Assembly: GCA_900088475.1 (NCBI GenBank)
Contig: FLMG01001983.1
Location: 1 to 64,000 of the forward strand
DNA: 64,000 bases
Source of the DNA: Hyphochytrium catenoides
Taxonomy: Eukaryota; Protista; Hyphochytriomycota
Direction of reading: 5' to 3'
A program made the translations under genes and the position numbers. Positions 48,920 through 59,385 of the stretch are shown piece after piece; position 1 is the first letter of the stretch, and every line of letters starts with the position of its first letter. Below the pieces are notes generated by a model. That model was not told the DNA's origin and ran no database searches. It saw only the letters and a list, made by a program, of their open reading frames with translations.

Positions 48920-49672
48920 AACGCCTCATTCGCATCCCCAAACTAACGTCGCAGACCATGATTGCTGAGGAGACCAACCACATGGAGAGCAAACCAACGG
49001 TGATACGCTCGTTAGAGCGCCGTTCGACAGCTGCGCAATCTGTCAGCGCCTTCTTTGAAGCTGCATCCAGTGCAGAGCGCGTTTGGAGCAAAAGCCGACC
49101 TCCCAGTTGGGACTGGTACTGGGTGCGTCCAGTTTGTGAGCAAGAAGGGCAGATGCCAAATTCTGACGGCAGGATGTCCAAGTGGGAGGCTTAAAAAGAT
49201 GATGGTCCGGAGTGTCAACTTTGCTGCTCGTTACTCCAGCAATGATCGCTACGATATATATTCTACTCCGCCACCTCAATATATACCGCAGGTAACCTGG
49301 CTGGACAACCCGTCTCGTCGGATTTCAAACCAGCTTCGACCGATACTGAAAGACGGACTTTCACCATCGACAGGTACGTATCGCATAGCTGAAGCTGGCC
49401 TTCAGTACGTGGCAGCAAGTGTCATTCGTTCCGGGCGGCGGTAGCTACAGAGTGCTGATAAGGACTTCTGGCAACACGCTTCCGGCATCAGGATCGCTAG
49501 CAGCAGTCCCAGCAAGTAGATTATGGACCAAGTGTATCCACTCGGGAGACCTTGTTACCGCCGAATCGAAGTCGCCCAGAAGTTCGGAGCGTCTTTAGCC
49601 CTTGGCATCAAGTCTGTAGAATTGTTTGGGGACTTCTCTTTCCTTCCATTATCTGTCAAAGTAACACCTTAA
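48920..49672 (+). pseudogene. Decayed Ty3/Gypsy-like pol fragment (RT-associated RNase H plus a second RNase H-like block)
   Basis: TSQTMIAEETNH (cf. SRTLxxAExNY), DGRMSKWEA (cf. GRLARW), YDIYSTP, then ASGIRIASSSPSK*IMDQVYPLG...LALGIKSVELFGD (cf. LELGIxxVEVxGDS). Stops and frameshifts are present. Confidence 0.4.
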
Positions 49673-50533
49673 CAATAGTTTCCTTCTGCTCACCAAGATA
49701 AGCGTGAGAAAGCATGCAGATGAATGGTAAGCCTCTGGCTGGGGGAATCAAATGACGCTTGACATTACTAGCCTGGGAGCTCTCCTTGCCGCCTAGCTGG
49801 GTCAAGCGGAAGGAGGGGCTCTTGGCCCGTTAGTAATCGCCGACGTGTCCTAACTCTACGACTAACTCACAAGCACTAAGCTAACTAACAAGAACGTGTA
49901 CTCCTTACCGCCACGACTACAAATTAATTACGTACTCTCTCTTCTAACGTGTGTTAGGCGCAGCGAAGATAGGGCTGGCGGGGGGTTGACTGTTCCTGCT
50001 GCGCCGAATAGGTGCAGTCAGCTGTGCCTCCCCTCTCCATTGCCGCTGTGTCTAAGTCTGGGCAGGCGGCTGACCGAGCAAATCTGAGACTGAGGCCCGA
50101 TTTCAGCCCCATCCTCTAACCGCGCCAGGAAAACCTAATATCCCCCCCCCGGATATTCAATTTACTCTCCGTCGTCGATTGTTCTATCGTTGAAAAGCTG
50201 TTAGAAGAGTGTGTGCCCGTCGTGTATCTACCCTAAATGCACTACTGATGATATACACAGGATCACGTTACCAGTGGCGAGAGCCTTTCCTCTCGTTGAC
50301 AACACATATAGCGCAAGCGAGGCTGAGAGAAAGGAATAGGGAAGCCACGCGACTGTATCGCTCTGCCCACCCTGATGACCTGAAGGCGAGAGAGACACAG
50401 AGCTCTAATGAGCGAACAATGATGACAGCAGGTGAACACTACGAAGGGAAATTTTGTCTAATAACTCGGCGGTCAGTTAGGAGCCTCAAGCAAGCATCTC
50501 TGCTACCTCTCTCTACATACCACCAGCTGCCAA

Positions 50534-53500
50534 CTAATGCTCACAGAGTGAGTATGGCCTTTCCACCTCTTCATTCTGACTGTTGACAACGAACTTTCTC
50601 TCCTTCATCAACTGCAGCCGATGGGTGTGAGCGGCTTTCAGGCTCATCCCCGGAGGATGAGCAAACTCAGCGATACGAAGCAGCAAATCAATAGGCAGTG
50701 TCGCGGGTGCGGTGTCGGTTCTTGGCTCCGCCGCTCTGTCCCTTGCCGCCATTGTACGACACTTCACTTGCTGTTGTTGCTGCAGCACATCATCCAGCAA
50801 GAGGACGGTGGCTTCCCTCGTCCATTGTTGCTTCGGAATGTCAGCTGTAGACAGGATGTGGCGGTCAGGAGCTACCAGGAAGAAACAGATGATTCTCCTT
50901 TGACCAATGCCTTCGTCATCATTCTCTTGGCCGAGCGATGCCTGATATCTTTGCTCTTCCGTCCCCTCCTCCATCTTCTCCTTAATCGAGTGACCTTCTC
51001 TCTGAGGTTTGCTGGCGCTGTTGTTGGAGACTCCAAGTACCTTGTGCTGTGCATTGTTGGTGAATGCAAGCATTCTCCCTTGCGGTGTTGCCACGCTCCC
51101 AAGGTTGATATTCATGCTCAAGCTATCTTCGTCTTTGTTTGGATCATGACAAAACAGCTCCTCGTTGGTCGCAGGGTATTCCTCACCTTCTACCCTCTCG
51201 CGTCTAAAGCCCAGCCCTTTATCCGACAAGCATGGAGATGAAGAGCAATAGTAGATACCGCTGGCGACAATGTGCTCGTGCCACATTCCTTCGACGTGCC
51301 AGCTGCCTTCATAGCTCTGACCTGGCCGGAGCTCGTAGTCCGCTGCTTTGATGATTACTTGCAGATTCTTATTTCGAAGATTGTAGCTCCGTCTTATACT
51401 CTCTGCCTCATTGTCACCGTCTTCCTCTCCATCCTCCACCTCTGACGACGGCTTGATTTTGCCCAGCACCGCTTCAAACATGGGGACAAAGAGGGTGAAG
51501 AGCTTCTCCAGGGATCCAACGAGGTCTGGGTATTTGTCTCCATGCAAATTGTTTACGTAGGAGAGGAAGCGGGCTGTCCCATCAGCTTCCACAAAGACTT
51601 CCGACGGTAGCCACTGGTATCTGGAGGTGTCCTGTGGACACCAGACGCCGAAGAAGTTCTCGTCATTGCGTTCTTGCTGTCTTTTTCTCTCCAAGTCCTC
51701 AGACTGAGTTGGGACGCTGACGCCATCAATGAAAGAGTAAAGAGACGGGTGAACGAGGTCCAAGACTTTCCCCTCAGACCCTGGATGATAGTCCTTTGGA
51801 CCCGACCTTGCCATCCGTGTGAGGGACTCGGACAGCAGCTTGGAAAGGCCCGGAGGCACGCAGCCATCAGCTGTCGCGACTCCAATGTCGCTTGTGACTG
51901 TAAACTCTGCCTGCGACCCATCGTAATGATAGCCGCGGTACAGGTTGAAGACATCTTCTTCCTCATCATTGTCACCTGCATCCTGCACTGTCACTGCTTC
52001 TCTCCTGTCAAGCCGAGGGCGAGAATCGAGCTGGGAGGTTGGACGCTGCTGCCCACGATGCAAAATCAAAGACGAACGGATCTCTTCCACCGTTCAGGAT
52101 GACAGTGGTCTCGCCCGCGATACCAACTCCAAAGTGCGCGATCTCGAGTCCGCGGATAGGAACCGTGAAGAGAGCATCCACTTCATCATCGTCCACTTCC
52201 TTGTCAGCATCTTCTTGATCAGCATTCCTTTGACCCACCACCTTCATCACTTCACCATTCCTTGTAAGAAAAATGCAGCCTGCGGCAACATCGACTCCGA
52301 TGCCGACGATGTCACCAACATTCATAGCTCGCTCTGACGGGTTCTCGCAGCTGTCCGGGATGCCATTCAGCATGATTTGACCATCACTAGTGCATGAATG
52401 ACAAGGTAAGGAGGCGAAAGGAAGAGCGACAAGAGTGAAGCACCGATGGAGAGAGAGAGAGCCTACCTGTGAATACCTAGCGTTAAAGAGTCTCTAGTTT
52501 CAGTGTCCGCATCCTCTTCATATCCAAGGTGGAAATCCTCTGGAATGTCAACGTTTGCCAGACCCACGGAGATGAGAACTTTTCCATTTGCCTCTGAACC
52601 TGCGGACTCCGCGTCGCTTCCGTCCTCATCATCGTTTTCTTCTTCATCGTCGTCTCTCTCCTCGTCATCTTCTTCCATGTCCTCTTCATCTCTGTCGAGA
52701 TCGTCGTCTCCGTCCCTGGACCGTTGGGTCCTTCGGGAAGCGTCTCCTCTCGTGCTAACAGCTTTGCTGGTTCCGATCGCCTTGACTAGAACTTCGAAGT
52801 ATGCCCATCTTTGACCTCCTAGCTGCCGCGCTGGGGGATGAACCAGCCAGTCTCCAATAGTCGACCTGTCAAGCACGTTCAACACCTCGTTATTGGCCTT
52901 TTGGCCTCTCATCTCAGTAGCTTCACCTCGAATGTCCACAAAGCGCAGCGATTCAACGTTCTTCCAAGCACACCTCGATGAAGCAAGTTCCTCCTCTTCT
53001 GTTGACTGAACAGCACAATCTGCAGCCAGCTCTTCGCTGTTGCTGGCTGTTTTCGTGCGATACGTGACCCAGTCTGAGCGTTTGACCACGTGCAAGAGGT
53101 CTGGAATGGGGAACTCCATGGAGTCAGCCACCTTCCTGGCAGCTTCGGGCAGATTAATGGTAGAAAGCTCTTCCAACCACGCCTGGTCTACAAGCGCTTC
53201 TTCTACGGTCAACTTTCCCTCTGTTACGTCGTCTGCTGCACACAGAGAAGGTCTAGTTAGACAGCTAGTACCCCACCGATCAATAACAGAAGAGATTGAT
53301 TCGCTCTCAATAGCTCACCTGGAATTGTAGTGTCACTCTTCTTCTTCAGTAGCTGCTTAGCTTCCGCCTTCAGCTGCTCCACTGCGCATTTGATGAGGTC
53401 GATGTAAGACTCGTGGTCATCCTTAGTCCACAGAGTCGCTCCAGGTGGGAGCGGAAGACTCTCAGCCATTTCCTCCTTCTTTTCGTAATCTACTTGCGCG

Positions 53501-56500
53501 TTCTGCAACCGAATCAAGAGATTGTTGGCAGTCTCCAGCAGCTTATTCTCCTCCGCCACCGCTTCGTCCCTCTTTGCCTTCTTCTTCTTTCTCCCCTTCT
53601 TATGCTCCAGCTCCTTGCTTCTTCTTAGCTCCTGAACGCCGCGACGGACTTCGATGTATGCTCCGAGTCGAGTGAGGATGGCCTTGCTTGGGCTAAGAAG
53701 GAGTGTGAGCACTTCGTTGCCAGTGGCGGTGGTAGTATTAAAGGAAGTCACAGCTAGGTGGAGAAGCAAGAAGACGGCTTCGTGCAGAGCTTTGGAGTTT
53801 GTTGTCTCCAGAAAGCCTAGCAGTGCATCGACTATCTCTTCCCAGCGCTTACCGCCAATTATGCGTTCGAATCTAGAGAGAACGCCTACCTCTATCGGGT
53901 TGATGCTAGTGACCGAGTGAAGACTGGACTGTGCCTCCTCATTCTGAAGCGATGCCTCCATTACTCTGGCGAGGACGATGCTTGCCTCCGCAGCAACTCC
54001 GTCAGTATCAACCTCAGGCTTGTTGGGTTGAGATGCCACCGATGATGCCTCGCTGGTGGACACTGGGAGCTCCGGCAGTTTGGAGAAGATGAGAATGTTC
54101 AGTACCGTCAACAACTTCGCCAAGGCGTCCAATGGATCTACTGGGAGGTCATTCTCTTCTTGGTTACCGCGTCCACTTCTTGTCTCCCTACCAGTGTTCA
54201 TCTGCAGCAGTGTGCTCTCGCTTAAGGGACGCATCAATGGATCGCAGAGATGTAAAGCGATCTCATCCGTCATCAGCAGCTGTCTGGCTAGGCCCGAGTA
54301 AGATACAGTTGAAGAGAACTGCAGCAACTCTTTCAGTATGTCAATAGCTATGCAGTTGGACTCCCTCAGCGCACAGGCTGCCACCTTGTTAAGCAGAGGC
54401 GGATGCTTGGCCATTTCCGCCAGTACTACCATCGAATTCTTAGGGCCATCGGGCTTCACTGAGGAGACGCCTCCTCCTCGAATAGCTCCCCTGACAATCC
54501 ACAAAACTTCGTCATTCAAGCGACTACGGCGCGCATGCCCCGCCGCCTCCTCGCCATTCATCGCATGATGGACGGTGTCATCGATTGTGAGGAGTTCGGT
54601 AAAGCGCAGGGTCACTGGAGAGGGCTTCTGGTGTTGCGAGGTAGTAGTGGAAGACGAGATCCAGAGGTCTTGGAGAGAGGTATTTAGTTGAACTCTGTTG
54701 AGATGACCGCGGTACTCTCGCGGTGGTGCTGAAGCCTTCTTGCAAAGGACGTGCACCATCTTCGACACGTAATCAAGTGACATGTCCTCTTGGCCCCTGG
54801 GGGCGGCGTTAGTGTCATCATCGTCATCATCGGGCAAATAAGCTTGTTGAAAGATGTTCCGACATTTGTAAGCGAGGACGCTTGCGAGACTTTCAATGTC
54901 GCTCATCAGTGTGTGCTCCGTTGGATGAGCGAACTGAAGGTCAACAAACATCCTCAACACGTGAACCAAAGCATCGTCATGAACTCCGTCGGCTATCTTG
55001 AGATCGAATCTCACGCCATCCCATGGGTATAGATCAGACCACACGAAAAAATTTAGCCGCTCGGACAACTCGTTGGCAATGTCAATGGTGAGGCCCTCGG
55101 TTAGAAAAAGCTTCAGGTACTGTTGCAGATAATCGCTGTTCGTAAATACTTGCCGCAGATTCATGTCGCCATCTCCTAACGTCGCTAACAGTGATGACCA
55201 GGCGCCCAGGTATAACATTCCAGGCTGCGCTTGATCCAGACGTTGACGATCGGGGGGCAACAAGCTTTCGCCGCGTCGTGCGGCCGCCACAGCGCTCTTG
55301 ATCGCCGTGGTTGCCCAGCGAAGCAATATCGCCATCACATCGCTGGCTCTCAGTATCTCAAGAAAGTGTGGGTCGTGGTCTATTCTATCGTACTGTTGCC
55401 AATGGTGTTTAAACGGATAGAATAGCCATTGCAGAGCCCGGCCCATGTACAGAAGTCTATCCTCGGCTTCTTGTCTCCTACGGGCATACGTTGACTCGTC
55501 CTCCACATTCATATCTCTGTCTTGAGCAGCGACCTCTTCCTCGTCGATGGCCCGGACAAGAGAGACTGAGAGCTCAGCCAGCCCTCGGTCCAGAGAGGCT
55601 CTGAATTGCCTACTCCGTAAAACGTGTTGCCCTCCTCTGTTGTAGATCAACTGCCAGAAAATGGTCTCCAGGTCGTCCACCGTTCTAACGTCGTGTGTGC
55701 CGTCTCTTGACAGTCGCTGCGATGCCATTGCCCTCAGACAACGGAGCAAGGCGGGGCAAACGGAATCGCTAGCAAGGTAGTCTTGCACGGCATAGGGATG
55801 AGTATACAAGCCCGAGGACCATTTGTCACTCAGAACGCCGTCAAAGGCAATACGTGCAGCGTCGGCCCGATGCGCGGTAGTAAGGAGTTTCCTTTCATCT
55901 ACAATGATAGCAAAGAGAGAGAGCAGAAGCCTGCTGTTCTCCCCAACGAGGTCAAGCGTCACAAACCCTTGGAGCTTCCTTTCCATTTCAATAGGATCAC
56001 ATTTCTTCATCTCCTTCCTGCAGAAGCTTCCGACAGTCTCAGGGATCGCCAGCGGCCAATGCTCTAGCACTTCCCCAGAGATCGCTCTCCTCCACCTCTT
56101 CAGGTCTTCTCTCCGTGAAGGGATGGCGATAGAGACAATGTCGCCCAGGCTCATCTCTAAAAAGAAGGCCTTGAGCAGCGAGAGACATTGAGCAATTGTC
56201 GTCTCATGGCCCTCCTTGGCCATGCCTTGATGCTGCTGCTGGCTTGTTGTCAGCAGCAGAGAAGCGCGGTGAGTTCCGTCCCCCTCCTGAGTGCTCGCAG
56301 ACTGGAGTAGCTGCAATGCAGCCAGGGACTCATAGGCCTGCATCAGCAGCGTCGAAACGCTCTCAAGGGACTTGGGAGCCGCCGCTCCCCAAGTGTCATC
56401 CGCCTGCACTGTCTCATCTGCCCTCTCTCCTCCACCTCTCCTCCTCCCAAGCGATCCCTCCTGGTCGCCTCCTTCAGCAGCATCGCGGACGATGCGACCT

Positions 56501-56652
56501 TCAACCACCATTTGATCCTTTCCTCGCTCGATCGTATCAGCTCGCTCGACCTGAAAGCAAGGCACACACTGGTGCCAGTACCGCCTCCTGACAAATCCTC
56601 CGTGAGACTTTACGCAAGCAAACGAGCTTCTCAGGGAGGAAAAAAGCGGCAA
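50534..56652 (-). CDS. Large fusion protein: helical-repeat region + SPRY + DUF4246 (2OG-Fe(II) oxygenase-like); 5' end unresolved
   Basis: In-frame GT-AG introns at 53236-53318, 52387-52466 and 52005-52056 join four ORFs. SPRY motifs YFEVLV, ISVGLA, GIHSDG, GDIVGIGVD, IFLTRNG and PFVFD. DUF4246 motifs YHPGSEGKVLDLVHPSLY, YQWLPSEV, LQVIIKAA, GSWHVEG, QHKV and MKER. Confidence 0.75.
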
Positions 56653-56879
56653 TGGGATGATGGGGAAGCGGGAGGTTGCCGCCTGCTGCTGCTGCTGTCA
56701 AGAGGAAGAAGTACGCGATCTAGAGCGTCTCAGGGCCGTGAGACTGATCAGTGAGAGACGAAGGAAGATCATCTGCTGGGTCGCTCGGTCGGTCGGTGGG
56801 GCTTTAATCAAATTTTTGAGTCGTAGTTTTATTCCCCCTCCAGTCTCAGTTCTTAGGATGGACAGTATACGAGGTCAAT

Positions 56880-57140
56880 ACAGAGATAGAGGAGGAGGAG
56901 AGGAGAGGAGAGAGGAGTTTCGGGTTACTTCATCGGTAGGGCAGCGGAGAAGGAGATGCACAGGAGAGGAAGGGAGGGGAAACAGAGAGGAGGAGGAGCA
57001 AGGGGGGACAGGAGGGGGAAAGAGAGCGAGTAGAGCGCTGGGGANNNNNNNNNNNNNAGGGGAGGAGGTGTCGACAGCAAGCGGTGAGAGATAAGAGGAC
57101 ATGATGGGGAGAAGAAGAGGCGAGACGAGAAGAGAGCGAA
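56880..57140. repeat. GA-rich low-complexity tract containing a 13-N assembly gap (57045-57057)
   Basis: GGA/GAG runs around the N stretch. Confidence 0.9.
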
Positions 57141-57669
57141 GACAGATGTGATGTCATCACAGGTGGCTAGACTGCAGAAGATGCAGTTGCATGAAGAAGA
57201 GGAGGAGTGGACTGAGTGTGGCCCTGCTCCAGAGCGGGTGGGTTGATGATGGGGGTTGGCATTCTCACCTACCGTGATGATGCTGAGGACGAGGAGGACG
57301 AGGAAAATGAGGAGGAGTCTGGAGGAGGTAGAAGCAGTACTACGAGGGAGGAGAGGAGAAAGTAAAGCCTTTAGCAGGAGGAGGAGGTCGGACGACGAGA
57401 GAGAAAGAAGGCCCTTGTTTGGACACTTGGGTAAGACGCGCTCAGGCCATACATAACAACAGAGCATCGGAGACCCAGAGAGAAACAGGAGGTGAATAAA
57501 CTTGTCGTTAGCGGCTAGAAACGTTAAAGTACTACAGTACCCCACAGACAGTCAGTCACCTCTGAACAGAAAGGGGCCTTGCCTGGCGGCGAAGGGATCC
57601 CAGATAGCATCAAGAAGCTACTGGTTCATTTCTACTTCTATTGACCACTTTAGAAAGCATTTATAAAGC

Positions 57670-58030
57670 ATTAAAAAAGGAAGCGAAAAGAGAAAAAGAA
57701 GAAGAGGAAAAGAAGAAAGAAGAAGAAGAAGAATGACGAAGAAGTGCTGGAAGAGACCAGAGGAGACAACAAAGATTAGAATCAGAAAGACCAGAAGAAG
57801 GGAGAACGAGAGACGACAAGGAAGATGAAAGCAGAAGAAAAGGTAAAAGATAAGAAAAGAAGAAAAAGAAGAAAAGATAAGAACAAGAAGAGAAGACGAA
57901 GAAGAAGCGGAAGATCGCAGAGGAGACAACAAACACTAGGACCAGAAAAGAGGAAAATAGAGGATAGAAAGAGAGAAGCAATGAAAGTTGAAAGAAGAAG
58001 AAAGCAATGAAAGGCTGAAAGAGAAGAGGA
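57670..58030. repeat. Purine-rich (GAA/AAG) low-complexity tract
   Basis: Strongly A/G-biased plus strand with GAAGAAGAA runs. Confidence 0.85.
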
Positions 58031-59060
58031 GGTCCCTCCTGCGTTTTACTACTATTGTTTATATGGTGCTGCTGGCGCTTCTTTCCACCAAGCAAACCTA
58101 AAGAGACAGCTGCAGCCGCTGCTGGAGCTCCTGGTGCCTCATCCATTGGTCATGAATAGTAGCTGCAGTAGATTTGTGTAGGCATTGCAGATGGAGCACT
58201 TCATTTTGGTGCCAGGAGGTTTTGGGCCGCGTTTATTTGTTGTTGCCGCCCATATTTTATAATTAGCTGCTGCTGCTACTACTGGTTCTGGCAACAAGGG
58301 AGAGAGGAGGACCAGCCGCCAGCAACAATAGCGAACGTAGTATGGAGGTCCAGAAAACAGACCCAGCCGGGTCGGAAGAAGATGTACCTAAAGGAGTCGT
58401 CGTGGTCAGTCGGCGGTCTCTATTTTCAATTCCACTGCTACTAGCTGTATGTCGTAATGCTTGTCTACAGCTATGGGTACTCTTGGATTGCAGCTGCTGC
58501 TAGTATCTCACAAGAAGCAGCAAATGACTACTTCGGAAGCAAAGCGACGGTAGTTGTTAGAAGAAGACTAGGAAAAAGGGCGGCGGCGAGAAGAGGAGTG
58601 ATGAGAAGATTGAGAAGAGAAGAGGAAATGAGCGAGGAGGTGGTGGCGGGAAGCACCGTTCAAAGAAAGCGGGCCCGCTGGTGCTTTAATGGTGGGCGGA
58701 ATGAACTGGACTGGCTGAGAAGACTGTCACGCTTATTTACTTGCTCTTCTGATGCAATGACCTGGCAGCTTAAAGCCCTCAAAGTGTTCTTAACTACACT
58801 CATCCTTATTCCTAAACCTGTCATGCTGATATCTAATATGATCAGTACACAGTACGTAACACCACTTAAAGTCATACAGATCACAAACTGAGGCATGCTA
58901 ATTTGCAACTAGTGCAATTTATGGTTGATGTTCCCGACCTAATTCCTAATGCAGACCTAAGCCCCCTACCCTTTTAAAATAAGAAGCTTGCCGATTCCTG
59001 ATTATTTATGTTCGAGATTTTTTTTTTTGTGGTAAGTAAGTCCTTTTGGCTCCCGAAGTT

Positions 59061-59132
59061 CCTGGCTTGACCTTCTTGTAGATCCAGGGACTTGAGGCCC
59101 ACCCACGCTAGCACTAAAGGATAGGTTTAGAA
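59061..59132 (+). repeat. Diverged direct repeat, copy B (right island border)
   Basis: Same 22-mer at 59091-59112, with flanking similarity to copy A. Confidence 0.8.
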
Positions 59133-59385
59133 TGGGTGGGCTGGATATCGGCCAAACTACTGCTCGAAGCACTACTGATTGAGCCGCTGAAGCTGCAAGC
59201 TTCAAAAGACACACAGCTTGAGGCAGTCGTATTTGTCCCAAGCTGAAGCAGCTCGGAAGAATCTGCAGACGCAGTGCTTCAAGCACGAAGCAGATCTCAC
59301 TAAAGGTAGATCTCTCCGGTTGACATTGTCTTGGCCTAGTAGCCCCAGTAAGAGTCGCGCCAGCGAACTCGAAGCTCTCAAGAAG

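Noticed and set aside
52008-52090. Programmed frameshift between the SPRY and DUF4246 ORFs
   Set aside because: A 52-nt GT-AG intron restores the frame more simply, and no slippery heptamer is evident.
56925-58146. Hydrophobic or Arg/Lys-rich ORFs of 104-206 aa
   Set aside because: They are artefacts of GA/GAA low-complexity sequence.
47777-59132. Island border repeats as LTRs of one retrotransposon
   Set aside because: The repeats are short, with no TG...CA termini, PBS or PPT at their edges.
59091-59146. SECIS element
   Set aside because: The core register is off by one, the site is upstream of a gene rather than in a 3'UTR, and no in-frame UGA selenoprotein is nearby.
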